From positions 217,496,001-217,560,000 of the forward strand of contig OX597814.1 of assembly GCA_951406725.2 (NCBI GenBank): a stretch of DNA of 64,000 bases, written 5' to 3'. Below, piece after piece: positions 12,891-25,059 of the stretch (its first letter is position 1; every line of letters starts with the position of its first letter). The DNA comes from Octopus vulgaris (Eukaryota). Position numbers and translations under genes: made by a program. The notes under the pieces were generated by a model, which did no database searches, was not told the DNA's origin, and saw only the letters and a program-made list of their open reading frames with translations.

Positions 12891-12971
12891 CACCGCTTCT
12901 ACTTTTTGTCTTTCTTTTCTCTTTATTTTTCTCTCATTTTCTCAAACTTAACAAATTTTCGTATATTTCAG

Positions 12972-13141
12972 GGAAGGTTCCACCCTCGTAGACTACGACC
13001 TTACAGTACATGGCTATGTTAATCAAAGCAGCGTGATTAAATTTATTAATTCGACGGGTGCGAACGATATTCGCACTCTTTCTACTCCTTTAGGAACTCC
13101 ATCCAATGTAGAGGAAGACATGCTGAACAACATACAGCAAG
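12972..13141 (+). CDS. Mucin exon: SEA cleavage motif and C-terminal part (R-EGSTLVDYDLTVHGYVNQSSVIKFINSTG...MLNNIQQ)
   Basis: tttcag acceptor and G|gtaagg donor; phase 2 in, 1 out. Splicing creates FREGSTLVDY, equivalent to the SEA FRxG^SVVV motif. Confidence 0.88.
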
Positions 13142-14150
13142 GTAAGGATTTGTCTATAACAAGACATAAATTCCGGTAAATTTTTACATAAAGTTGCATA
13201 AAATCAAGGAGAATTGTTCATAGAGTATAAAGATCATAATTTGCGTATAATATCAGGTAGCTATTCTAGAAGGTATAAAATCAGGTTGGTTTATCTAGTA
13301 CAAGATATATAATTAGATAGCGTTATCTATAACAGTACAAAATCAGGCAAAAGTTCTGTTGTTTCTGCAACAATTTTGGAGGTGTAAGAGTTTAGTAATT
13401 CTGTGATTATGAAGGCATTCTGTGCATCGTTGATATTACATTAATGTGAGGATGAAATCAGCCAGATGATATGTAGTGTTGTTCACCTATACACCTACAT
13501 AGTACTATAAGCTCTGGGGGGATTGTGTTGTCTTAATAAAAGATGATGTAGGATCAAGACTGAATCAAAATCCACAGTTGTAGATGTTGAGAAGAAGGGT
13601 GTGTTCAGAGGATATGTTGGTAGTTGGATTTTCCATTATTTTGATGGAGGAACAGCAAATAAAAAGCACGTTTTTTGAGTTGTCATTAACTGATACGTCG
13701 ATTCTTGTAAGCCCAAGCGAAAGATCAGTGATTGTAGGTGAAACCCTGAAGCTCTGTTGTTCACCGATGCATGAGAGAAGATACATGATTATGCACAAAT
13801 TGAAATAGCTGCCTTCCAATGTGTTACTCCTAGATTCCGACTCGTACTTTTTCACAGGGAGATCCTGCTGGGAAATGTTTTTAAACAGTACCTTCTGAAA
13901 AATCAGTTGCATGATACAGTCAGAAGCAGTACATTGAGAGACTACGATATTCTCAAACCTAGAGAACTCTGCTGAAGCCACCCAATGTATATCTCTCGTT
14001 CAGCCTTGATCAAGCAGGAGAGATTTGGCTTCGACGCGCTAATGATTCTGCCAATTTACCGCCTTAATGATCATGATAGCAACAACAACAACAACAACAA
14101 CAATAACAACAATAACAATAATAATAATAATAATAATAATAATATTAACT

Positions 14151-14706
14151 GTTCTAATGCAGTACCAGGCAGTGGATCTCGTGGCTTCTGATCTTAACTG
14201 ATTGGAAGTGTTATCATGTACATTGTTTTGTCTTGGTATAAAAGATGGGCTACAACAAATATTCTGCTTAACACCACAGATTTGCTGGTCAGTTGATAAA
14301 CCATAACCAGTTAAGCATGTCCCTTAGTGGCTGGCAATATGCGCATCACTGATCACGAGCAGAAGTAGTGGGGGAGCATCATAGCCATGTGTTGAGAGGG
14401 ATTCTTTGGGGTTTGAATAATTCATCCCTGGAAACATGGGTGTTTCGTTCAACATTTTTAAGCAATCCTTATTCAGGGACCTTTTGAGCGGGATGGGTTA
14501 CTCGACCAGAAGAAAATTCTAACTGGGCCCCACCTGCAAGGTCATGCACTGTTTATCTTGATATGAGATCACCATGTTGCGCACATATGGTTGTGATGCA
14601 TGTGCTTGGTGTAACCTTATCAGACGTGTAGTCATGATGGTTATACTGGGCTTCGTACATTTTACCCCAGTGCCATTTTGATGGCATGCATTGCTCTCTC
14701 ACTCAA
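14151..14706. mobile_element. ~560-bp non-coding repeat inserted in (AAT)n (copy 1)
   Basis: Homologous to 26624-27180 and 27219-27706. Every copy is bounded by AAT repeats. Confidence 0.85.
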
Positions 14707-14719
14707 TAATAATAATAAT

Positions 14720-15440
14720 AGTTTTCCTTTATTGCATGCCTTGTTGTTGGCTGGACACACTATATCTGTGATCCAGCACTATTTCTATCTCGGTCATGAC
14801 TATACCTAGTTTCCTATTCTCTATCTCATGATAACGCAGGATTTTTGCATTATCATTTTTGATAATGCCTTCGGGTTTTTGTTTGTACCACTTTTCTCTT
14901 CTGTCAGATCGATATTTATTGCATGGTGCCCAATGGACTTCCCTTCCTATATTATCATACCGCCCCTTATAGTATTTCTGGGCTAGTGGTGTAAATTGAC
15001 TGGTAATATGCTATGCACTTTCCCCATTCTCACAAATTTTACGCTTAGCAGTTTCTACCAGTTTGTCTATTCTGTTCTTAATGCTTGCTCTTGAGCAGCA
15101 CAAATTAAAGCCTCTGTTTCTGATTTTAAATCACTTTTAACTATCCATAACCACTTTTTTTCTTACCTGACCTATCTTCAACATCTGTATGGAACTGTCC
15201 ATACAAACTTTTCTCCATCCACCTGTTTTCTGTTTCATCCACCCCCGTATGCTTGTACTGTACTGATTTTTCATAGGCCTGATCTTCTTACTTCCAAAAA
15301 TATTGGTCCCGTGGAATTTTTTATGTTGTTTTTTTCTGCTCTAATACTGCGTTTGCACTCAATCAGTTCTCTTCCTCCTCTTTTTCTTGGTACATACCGT
15401 CTGTCTGTGTCACTCTGTGGGTGAAATACCTCATATTTAA
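14720..15440 (-). mobile_element. Degenerate Dong/R4-type LINE fragment
   Basis: Minus-strand HPQSDTDRRYVPRKRGGRELI and KSETEALICAAQEQ-like motifs. Confidence 0.75.
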
Positions 15441-15652
15441 TCAATAGATTTCTTACTATAGGCACAAGACCTGATATTTATTGGGGTAGGGCTGATCGAT
15501 TTTATCGACACAGAAAGGATGAAAGACAAAGTTGACCTCGGCGGAATTTGAACTCACAACGTAAAGGCGGACGAAATACCGCTATGTATTTTATCAGGTG
15601 TGCTGACGATCCAACCTGCTCGCCTTCTAAATAATAATAATAACAACAACAA

Positions 15653-15719
<67 letters not shown>

Positions 15720-16490
15720 ATATCTTCAGACGTCTGGAAGTTTTCTTGGGAATGTCTCGACTTTTAGTGCTAATTGGTGACTGGGACATCATCTTGGACG
15801 CATGCTTAGATTGTGTGAGGCTAGCAGTTGGAAAAAGGGGGCGCGAAAGCCTTGCAAACCTGCTCGAATGTTTTCAACTGTCTGACAAGCAGAGACTGGA
15901 TTTTCCGAATATACTAATGTGGATATGAATGAATTGCATTGGGTCATCTAGTGAATCTAGATAAAGTATTCTGTAGGCCAGTAGATAAAAATAGTATAAG
16001 TTGTCCACTTTTTAAACTGATCGGTTACACAAACCACAAGTTTGTGATCTGCACAGTCGAAAGAGGTTGTGTAATGGACCAGACTGAAAGGGCTGAAGAC
16101 AGATACTTTTCTCTTTGGCCAGCCCGCATCAACTTTTTCAAGTTTCACTTGAAAAGGAAAGAGAGGGAAGTACAGCCTCTCTGCGTTTTTGTTGAAAAGT
16201 GGGTGAATGTGGCAAGAATGGTCCAAGTAAACGGGCCTAGTCAAAGCATGTGCCTCTCGGCGATGAGGAGAAGGCACTTGCCCTAGTTGTCAGGGCCTCT
16301 GTGATTTTGTGAGATTTCCATGAGTAGTCCTCAGAGTCTCCCTTTGGGGTGGGGTGGAATTTTTTGCTGTGAAAATATATTTTGTTATCGTTTTCAGTTT
16401 ACACGCTTCATTTTTTGTAACTCCATAATGTATTGTCTTGTATCGACTCCAATGTCTTTTGTGAACCCTCAGTGGTAAATAAAGAAAATG
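15720..16490 (+). mobile_element. Degenerate L1/Tx1-like element fragment (AP endonuclease remnant plus A-rich 3' end)
   Basis: LVLIGDWDIILDACLD and LDKVF motifs; ends in aataaagaaa. Confidence 0.55.
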
Positions 16491-16500
16491 TTGTTGTTAT

Positions 16501-16568
<68 letters not shown>

Positions 16569-16585
16569 CAACTACTGCAGCTGCT

Positions 16586-16802
16586 AAGGCGGCGAACTGG
16601 CAGAATCGTTAGCACGCTGGACAAAATGCTTGGCGGTATTTCGCCCGTCGCTACATTCTCAGTTCAAATTCCGCCGTGATCGACTTTGCTCTTCATCCTT
16701 TCGAGGTCGATAAATTAAGTACCAGTGAAACACTGTGCTCGAATGTAATCGACTTAACCCTCCCCCAAAATTTCAGGCCTTGTACATTTAGTAGAAAGGA
16801 TT
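16586..16802 (+). mobile_element. tRNA-derived SINE
   Basis: aaggcggcgaactggcagaatcgttagc head and gttcaaattcc B box; the central domain recurs many times in the window; (ATT)n tail. Confidence 0.8.
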
Positions 16803-16837
16803 ATCATTATTATCATTATTATTATTATTATTATTAT

Positions 16838-16887
<50 letters not shown>

Positions 16888-16931
16888 ATAGTTTATGAAT
16901 TCTTTTGTAATTATTTTTTTCTTCTGTTTAG

Positions 16932-17088
16932 CCCAGCTAAGATATACTGATCCCTGTCTGACAAAAGGCGTGTGCAAGCCTTCATATAAATGTATAAACA
17001 ACATGTGCAGTTTAATATGTACCAAAAATACCTGTTTAAACGGCGGACAGTGTTTTGCTGACAGTGTTGCCAGTGCCAGCATTTGCAA
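16932..17088 (+). CDS. Mucin exon: Cys-rich/EGF-like region (AQLRYTDPCLTKGVCKPSYKCINNMCSLICTKNTCLNGGQC...SICK)
   Basis: tttag acceptor and AA|gtaagt donor; phase 1 in, 2 out. Contains the CLNGGQC EGF signature. Confidence 0.9.
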
Positions 17089-17362
17089 GTAAGTTGACCC
17101 TGACATACTGATATTCACTCGTTTAATCCATGCATCATCGGAGCATTTCCCCGCATATTTTACAGTTAAAAAGGCTACACTCATGATCATTGCTTGGTCT
17201 TTCTACACAGATGAGATCGATCTGCTAGATGTCTGCCTTGGAAAACTTCAGATTGATAGCTGTACAGAAAAAAAAGTATGGAAGGGCATGCATGTATGTG
17301 TGTATGTATGTGTGTAAGCGTGTGAGTGTGTGTGTATCTTTGTGTGAGTCTGTGTGTGTATG

Positions 17363-17425
<63 letters not shown>

Positions 17426-17427
<2 letters not shown>

Positions 17428-17832
17428 TCTTTACTCTTTTACTTGTTTCAGTCATTTGACTGCGGCCATGCTGGAGCACCACCTTTAGTCGAGCAAATCG
17501 ACCCCGGGACTTATTCTTTGTAAGCCCAGTACTTATTCTATCGGTCTCTTTTGCCGAACCGCTAAGTGACGGGGACGTAAACACATCAGCATCGGTTGTC
17601 AAGCAATGCTAGGGGGACAAACACAGACACACAAACATATACACGCACACTTATATATATATACATATATACGACAGGCTTCTTTCAGTTTCCGTCTACC
17701 AAATCCACTCACAAGGCATTGGTCGGCCCGGGGCTATAGCAGAAGACACTTGCCCAAGGTGCCACGCAGTGGGACTGAACCCGGAACCATGTGGTTGGTT
17801 AGCAAGCTACTTACCACACAGCCACTCCTGCG

Positions 17833-17835
<3 letters not shown>
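17426..17835 (-). mobile_element. tRNA-derived SINE with internal microsatellite
   Basis: Minus-strand head ggcgcaggagtggctgtgtggtaag...ggttcagtccc. Further copies at ~18775-19165, 44600-44948 and 55735-56035. Confidence 0.85.
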
Positions 17836-17909
<74 letters not shown>

Positions 17910-17924
<15 letters not shown>

Positions 17925-18701
17925 TGTAGTTGTGTGAGTGTCTGTCCCCTTCGATTTAGATTCCTAACTACTCCCACATTTTGCGGTGCAGTTTAACCAA
18001 ATTCGGGTATCTTATAGTCGTGATTCATATCGAGCCCGTCTGAGTATTAGCGCGCGTCTACGATGAGTCTACGATTTTAAAAATAATTTAACATCATTTT
18101 TTATTCCATTTTAATGCATAATTTTTCGTGTGTCGATGGCGGCGGAGTTGGCGTCCACGCTCACATCTACACCTGTGTTGCTTCTCCTCCTTCTTCCCTC
18201 CCTCGTGAAGCTGTGGGGAAGGGAGTGTAAGGAAATCAACGTCGTAATGCGTTGTCAAGGAGACCAGCGTTCTTTTAGAACAACGACTTCATGGCTTGAA
18301 GACACCAAAACAATATATAAAAGTGAAGTTGTGTGTCTGTCTCCTACGATTTAGATTCCTAACTACTCCCACATTTTGCGGTGCAGTTTAACCAAAACCG
18401 GGTATCTTATAGTCGTGATTCATATCGAGCCCTTCTGGGTATTAGCGCGCGTCTACGATGAGTCTACGATTTTAAAAATAATTTACCATCATTTTTTTCC
18501 ATTTTAATGCATTTTTTTTGCTATTATATAAGGGAAGTAACTCTCTAAAAATGTCTACGATGAGTCAACGATTTAAAAAAATTTACTATAATTTTTTTCC
18601 ATTTTTAATGCATTTTTTTGCTATTTTTTGGCTATAACTCTCTAAAAATGCTTTATAGTTATTTCCCTTACAAACTCGAGCAACGCCGATCGATACTGCT
18701 A

Positions 18702-18702
<1 letters not shown>
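17910..18702 (+). mobile_element. Non-autonomous Helitron, composite with a second internal 5' module
   Basis: 5' TATATATAAAA..., a degenerate GC hairpin, then CTAG|T at the 3' end. An internal repeat of the 5' module starts at ~18314. Confidence 0.8.
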
Positions 18703-18752
<50 letters not shown>

Positions 18753-19281
18753 TACTTATATATATTCTTTTATTCTTTCTTTTACTGGTTTCAGTCATTG
18801 GACTACGGTCATGCTGGGGTATCGCCTTGAATTTTTAGTCGAATAAATCGACCCCAGTGTTTATTTTTCTTTTTTGAAGACTGCTACTTATCCTATCGGA
18901 CTCTTTGGCCGACCCGCTAAGTTACGGGGACGCAAACACACCAACACCGGTTGTCAAGCGGTGGTGAGGGACAAATACGGACACAAAGACTCACACACAC
19001 ACACACATATACATATATACGACAGGCTTCTTTCAGTTTCCGTCTACCAAATCCACTCTCAAAGCTTTGGTCAGCTCGAGGCTAAAGTAAAAAACATTTG
19101 CCCAAGGTGCCACACAGTGGGACCGAACCCGGAACCATGTGGTTGGGAAGCAAGCTTCTTACCACTCTCTCTCTCTCTCTCTCTCTCTCTACCCTCTCTC
19201 TCTACCCTCTCTCTCTGCCCTCTCTCTCTCTCCCTCTCTCTTCCCTTTTCTCTCTCTCTCACACACATACATACATAGATA

Positions 19282-20396
19282 CTTGGGTAAATAAAAAATT
19301 ATATGCACCTTTATTTCTGTAATTTATTAAAATAAAAGCACGGGTTGAGCAATTACATCATTTTTTGACATAGACTCCTTACTTTTCAATGTACTCCTTC
19401 CAGCAGTCCACAAGCTTGCTTATTCCATCGGAGAAAAATGCTTTCACCTGGTCGCGCAGCCATTTACGCACCGCTTCGTGCACTCCGTGTGTAGCAAATT
19501 GACGGCCTCATAAAGGATATTTGAGCGGCCCAAAGAGGAGATAGTCGAAAGGAACGAGATCTGGACTGTGTGCAGGGTGTTCAAGCAACACGAAACCCCA
19601 ATTTTTCAGTGGTTTCGACCGTGTAGGCGACCGTATGTGCATTGTCTTGCAACAATAACACTTGACTTGACAATAGACATCGACGTTTGGTACGAATTAC
19701 TGATTTCAGTTTAATGGCTAAAAGTTCACTGTAGTTACATTTGTAACTGTAGACCCCTTTTCTGGGTAAAGTTCCAGTATAGGCTCTTTTGCGTCCTAGA
19801 AAACGGTTAGTATCACTTTTTTCTGCGGAAAGCTGAGTCTTGAATTTCTTTTTCGCTGGCAATCCCGTGTATTTCCACTCCATTGTCTACCATTTGGATT
19901 CTGGCTCAAAGTGATGGACCCAGGTCTTATCTCCTGTGAATATTCTCTCCAAAAAAGCTTCGCCTTTACCGTTGAAGCAGTCGAGTAAACGTTGACAGAT
20001 CTCCATACAACTGTGCTTCGTAAATCTCTCTTGGCACCCATCGTGATGGATGATTTCGGATACAAAACCATGACTAATTTGCGGAGAACATGTCGCCTCG
20101 TCGATGGTCACTCATCGGTTCTCCAGAACCATCTACTGCTGAATCTTCGTGCTTCACGCTTGTCCGACATTTTTTAAACTTCTCGATCCATTTATACACG
20201 CTTCTACGCGGTTGATCGTCATCACCGTATTATACTGAAAGCCTGCGATGACTTTCAACCCCTATTTGCTCTATAACAGAAGAAGGAAAACTGGTGCAGT
20301 CGAGGTACCACATTTTAGCACGCCAGTGCCGAAGGCAGGACGGACAGCCCGGAGAAAGTTTCGGCGAAAGTGCAGATAACTTTTTATTTCCCCTAG
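19282..20396 (-). mobile_element. Degenerate near-full-length mariner transposon
   Basis: Imperfect TIRs with TA flanks. Motifs FTGDKTWVHHFEPESK, LLLQDNA and HSPDLVPFDYLLFGPLK lie in broken frames. Confidence 0.9.
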
Positions 20397-20421
20397 TATA
20401 TATAAACCATATATATGTATA

Positions 20422-20461
<40 letters not shown>

Positions 20462-20793
20462 CGCGTGCGTGTGCGTGCGTGCGCGTGCGTGCGTGCGTGC
20501 GCGTGCGTGCGTGCGTGTGTAGTAGGAAAAAGGGAGAAGGAGAATTTCGATTATTTCCACATGGTGAGTTGTAAAGCAAGCAATATATATATAAGATATA
20601 TACATATATATATATATATAAAATGAAATAAGGAAAATGCATTAAGCTTACATAGTTTTAATATATTTTATAAGTGAAAGAGTGTTGTGTTTGTCGACCG
20701 GTTTCTCTTCCGCTAATCATAACATTGAAATTATTGTAATTTTGCATTTTCTTAAGAAGATTTTAGTCCATGTTGTATATGGGAGTTTGTGAA

Positions 20794-20894
<101 letters not shown>

Positions 20895-21298
20895 CTGTGT
20901 ACGTATGTGTGTGCATGTATGTTGAATGCTCGAAATGAGGAGTAGATAAACAGCCGACAACTGATGAAGGGTCGTTCTTTGTGCTAGTTGTCCCGTTTTC
21001 CATTTTTTTCGCGTTGTTTGCATATTTAACTAGTTTGTTTTCGTACTTCATGTTATTTACAGTTGGTGACGTCCTGTACCCATATATACATACATACATA
21101 CATAAAATTATTATCCCCTTGTTACTGTCAATATCACATAAATTATATTTAAAAATTACTACTCGATCACACACGCACACATACGTGAGTGTGTGTGTAC
21201 GTGCATACATGTATGTATGTATGTATGTATGTATGTAACATTTGTGAATTATCTTTAGATTTTGTTTTGCAAATCATGATCTTTGTCCTCGATAACAG

Positions 21299-21460
21299 GT
21301 GTTCAGAAAATTGGAAATATTACTACTCCGGTTCCAAATGTGAAAATGAAAATATGTCGTGGAAGTTTATTAGCAGTATAGCCGGAGGAATTGGTGCGGC
21401 TGTTGTGCTTATTTTCTTGATCATCATTGTGGCATTGTGTTGCAAACGCAAGAAAGGCAG
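21299..21460 (+). CDS. Mucin exon: end of the EGF domain, transmembrane helix and stop-transfer sequence (K-CSENWKYYYSGSKCE...IAGGIGAAVVLIFLIIIVALCCKRKKG)
   Basis: acag acceptor and AG|gtaaag donor; phase 2/2. YSGxxC closes the EGF domain, and a hydrophobic stretch of more than 20 aa is followed by CCKRKK. Confidence 0.92.
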
Positions 21461-21515
21461 GTAAAGTATCGACTATTTATACTACTAGCTGTTAAATATT
21501 GATTCATTGTACTCT

Positions 21516-21578
<63 letters not shown>

Positions 21579-21608
21579 GAAAGAGAGAGAGAGGGATTTG
21601 TGTGTGTG

Positions 21609-21663
<55 letters not shown>

Positions 21664-22188
21664 ACAAGACATAAGTTTCATAAACTACGAAATATAAATA
21701 TCAACACAACCACACTTGAAACGTAACTGTTGTAACTCTTTGTCTCGGTTTGAATGCACGTGAAGGTATTTAGAATGCCCAGACTTATTTCTGCAAACGT
21801 GTTAAGCACTCATGCTGATCATAGTGTAATCAATAAGCGTAGGAGCGAAGTAAATGTAGTAAAAACAGTGGAGCCCCATTTAAGGGGCCCTTCAGAAATT
21901 GAACCTCCTTATGATACTCTCTGGGAGTTCACGCTATGAAATCCATTGCCATTGCTCCGATCTGGTCACCAATACCATGTATTTAGTTTAAAATACAGTA
22001 AAAAAATAGAGGGGCTAGTAGGGCCCCAATTAGGCGGCCCTTAAAAAAATAGACTCCCTTAGGACATTCCCTGGGATTAGGGGAGTTGCTGGTTTGAGTT
22101 TCGTTGTCTTTGCACCAACGTTCTTAGAAGTTAACGAACATAAAAACGTAACGGACAGAGAAACATCACTGAAATTTATAATAGGATA

Positions 22189-22257
<69 letters not shown>

Positions 22258-22263
22258 TTATAT

Positions 22264-22913
22264 ATATTTAAATAATGAGGGAGATAAATTAATATTAATT
22301 TTAATATCAATTTAAAACCAGTAGTCTAGCATACAAAAAATCTGAGAATTCAGAGAAAATTCTAATATATGTGTATATTGGCAGGGCGAGACTGCTAGGT
22401 AGTCGGCCGTATGCTAGAAATAGATCATCAACGATCAAACTACAAAGAAAGTTCTCTAGAGGAAAAATTCAGCGAACACCAGAACCAAATTTGGCGGGCA
22501 GGACAGATGAAAATTTATATAAAAAACAGAATTAATTGCATACCTCGGTTTCGGCCTTTAACAAAGGAATTACTTACATAATTCAAATGTCCGTGGCCTC
22601 ATCAGTACAATCGTTCAGTTTAAATGCAATCTGAAAAACTAACCCCAGCTTTCTGTGCCAAAACAGACACGTGTATAGTTTTACCGATTACATAAGGTAT
22701 AAAATTTCAAATGTCTTAGTTCCGGCACGCTAAACAATTCCTGAAGCGAAGAACTGCAGTAAATAATTCACTGCGGTTAGTGCTTGCTACTAGAGAACGT
22801 ATTTATTTCAATATTTAAATAATGAGGGAGATAACTTAATATTAATTTTAATATCAATTTAAAACCAGTAGTCTAGCATACAAAAAATCTGAGAAATCAG
22901 AGAAAATTCTAAT
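22264..22913 (-). mobile_element. Retrozyme/Penelope-pLTR-like element with 103-bp terminal direct repeats (547-bp period)
   Basis: 22264-22366 matches 22811-22913. Flanked by (TA)n and contains a hammerhead core. Confidence 0.8.
22535..22611 (-). ncRNA. Minimal type I hammerhead ribozyme
   Basis: Minus strand reads AUUGUA-CUGAUGA-GGCC-(38 nt)-GGCC-GAAA-CCGAGG-UA-UGCAAU. Stem I has 6 bp, stem II is GGCC/GGCC, stem III is near-palindromic, and the cleavage triplet is GUA. Confidence 0.8.
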
Positions 22914-22915
22914 CT

Positions 22916-22956
<41 letters not shown>

Positions 22957-22959
<3 letters not shown>

Positions 22960-23619
22960 AGCTGTCCACTCGTGACCAAGGAAGCCCACTACCAACCATT
23001 GACCATGCAAAATGCCGGTAATGCCATTGCTTGAGCTTAGTACTCGGTCTCACCTGGGTTTGCGTCCGTGATTTCCATGTTTGCCATGGCATCCTCCCAC
23101 TCAATCGGACCACACACCGGCGATTGCACAGCCTGAAAATGTTAGGGACAATAAGGCTCGCACAATACTTCATACACCCTCCTCTCCATGGTACTGATAT
23201 GGTCCAGAGACAAGCCAGTGCAAGATATCCAGTGCTAATGTGGGTCGCAGGATCGGGGATGTGGGAATATATGCAAAGGATCTCCAGAAGACGCCCTGCA
23301 TATCAAGTTTTATGCCAGTGACCTTCTCCAAGACACAGGCTTTAACAAAAGTTAACGAGTGTCTCATTCCCAGTGTTCTTCCAGCACGCCAGACACCAAA
23401 CCTAATTTCTGGGGGGTTCCTTGCTATTTCTAGACAGTCGTTGAACATTCACTAGTTTCATCCGCTCTTTTGACAGATCTTGTTTTTAGTCCTGCTCGGT
23501 TTCTAATACTCCTTCTCGCCAGGCAAGCCTAGTCGGAGTGACGGTTTAGTCGCCGACCATGCAACAGGTTGTAATGGATTCCATGTTACCAATAGCCTTC
23601 ATGAGACACCTCGCAAATG

Positions 23620-23624
<5 letters not shown>
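22957..23624 (-). mobile_element. Internally deleted RTE-like element with an HDV-like ribozyme head
   Basis: Minus strand reads GGTAACATG...CATGGTCGGCGACTAAACC, followed by an APE-start-like EIRFGVW. Bounded by (CA)n and (TA)n. Confidence 0.55.
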
Positions 23625-23912
<288 letters not shown>

Positions 23913-24217
23913 ATGCACTCACGTACGCTCACAGCCAGTAGGTTAACTAACAACACTATTTCTTCAACCAGCTATTAACTTAGCTTTCTTTATATCTGGC
24001 CTTTGACAGATTTCATCCTCATTTCGCCTCTTAACAAATGCTTCTCTTTCGCTATTTCCTTCCACTTCCTCCAATACCTGTTGCCACTCTACTCTTGATA
24101 TACACCTTATATCAGTGTAAGTAATTGTTACTCCTTCACTTTTTATATCGGCAGTTGGTTAAAAAACTCCAAAGGTTTGTTAACAAAGAGAGAGAGAGGG
24201 ATTTGTGTGTGTGTGTG

Positions 24218-24272
<55 letters not shown>

Positions 24273-24939
24273 ACAAGACATAAGTTTCATAAACTACGAA
24301 ATATAAATATCAACACAACCACACTTGAAACGTAACTGTTGTAACTCTTTGTCTCGGTTTGAATGCACGTGAAGGTATTTAGAATGCCCAGACTTATTTC
24401 TGCAAACGTGTTAAGCACTCATGCTGATCATAGTGTAATCATCAATAAGCGTAGGAGCGAAGTAAATGTAGTAAAAACAGTGGAGCCCCATTTAAGGGGC
24501 CCTTCAGAAATTGAACCTCCTTATGATACTCATCCATAAGGATGAGATGAAAACACTTTTGAAATGTTCGTCCAGTTTTTCACTAATCCTTACTAGGTTT
24601 TCCATGAGGGCGCCATCTCTTTGGAGGAGTGGCCCTAACCTGCAATGCACTGAGATGGTTTCTTTGCGAAATTTAGAGGAGCCTTCAGGGTGCGAATTAC
24701 TGTAACCCAGGCTTCTTTGTCTGCTCTCTGTCTCTCTCTTTCTCATAGGAGTGTTTCAGGTTTTCAGGCCAGCTTAGCACCTGTGACGTCGCAACTCATT
24801 TCTACAGCTGAGAGAACTGGAGCAATGTGAAATAAAGTGTCTTGCTCAAGAACACAACACACAGCCCGGTCCAGGATTCGAACTCACAACCTCGCAAACA
24901 TAAGCTCAATGCTCTAACCACTGAGCCAAGTGCCTTCAC

Positions 24940-25027
<88 letters not shown>

Positions 25028-25059
25028 ACATATACATATATATATATATATATAATACC

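Noticed and set aside
13400-13990. 138-aa minus-strand ORF at 13565-13981
   Set aside because: No recognisable domain or splice context; probably a decayed LINE fragment.
20915-20985. Sense-strand GAAA...CTGATGA with a possible stem II (type II hammerhead)
   Set aside because: Stems I and III cannot be formed. At most a decayed remnant of the repeat that also ends in gacgtcctgtacc at ~2735 and ~21068.
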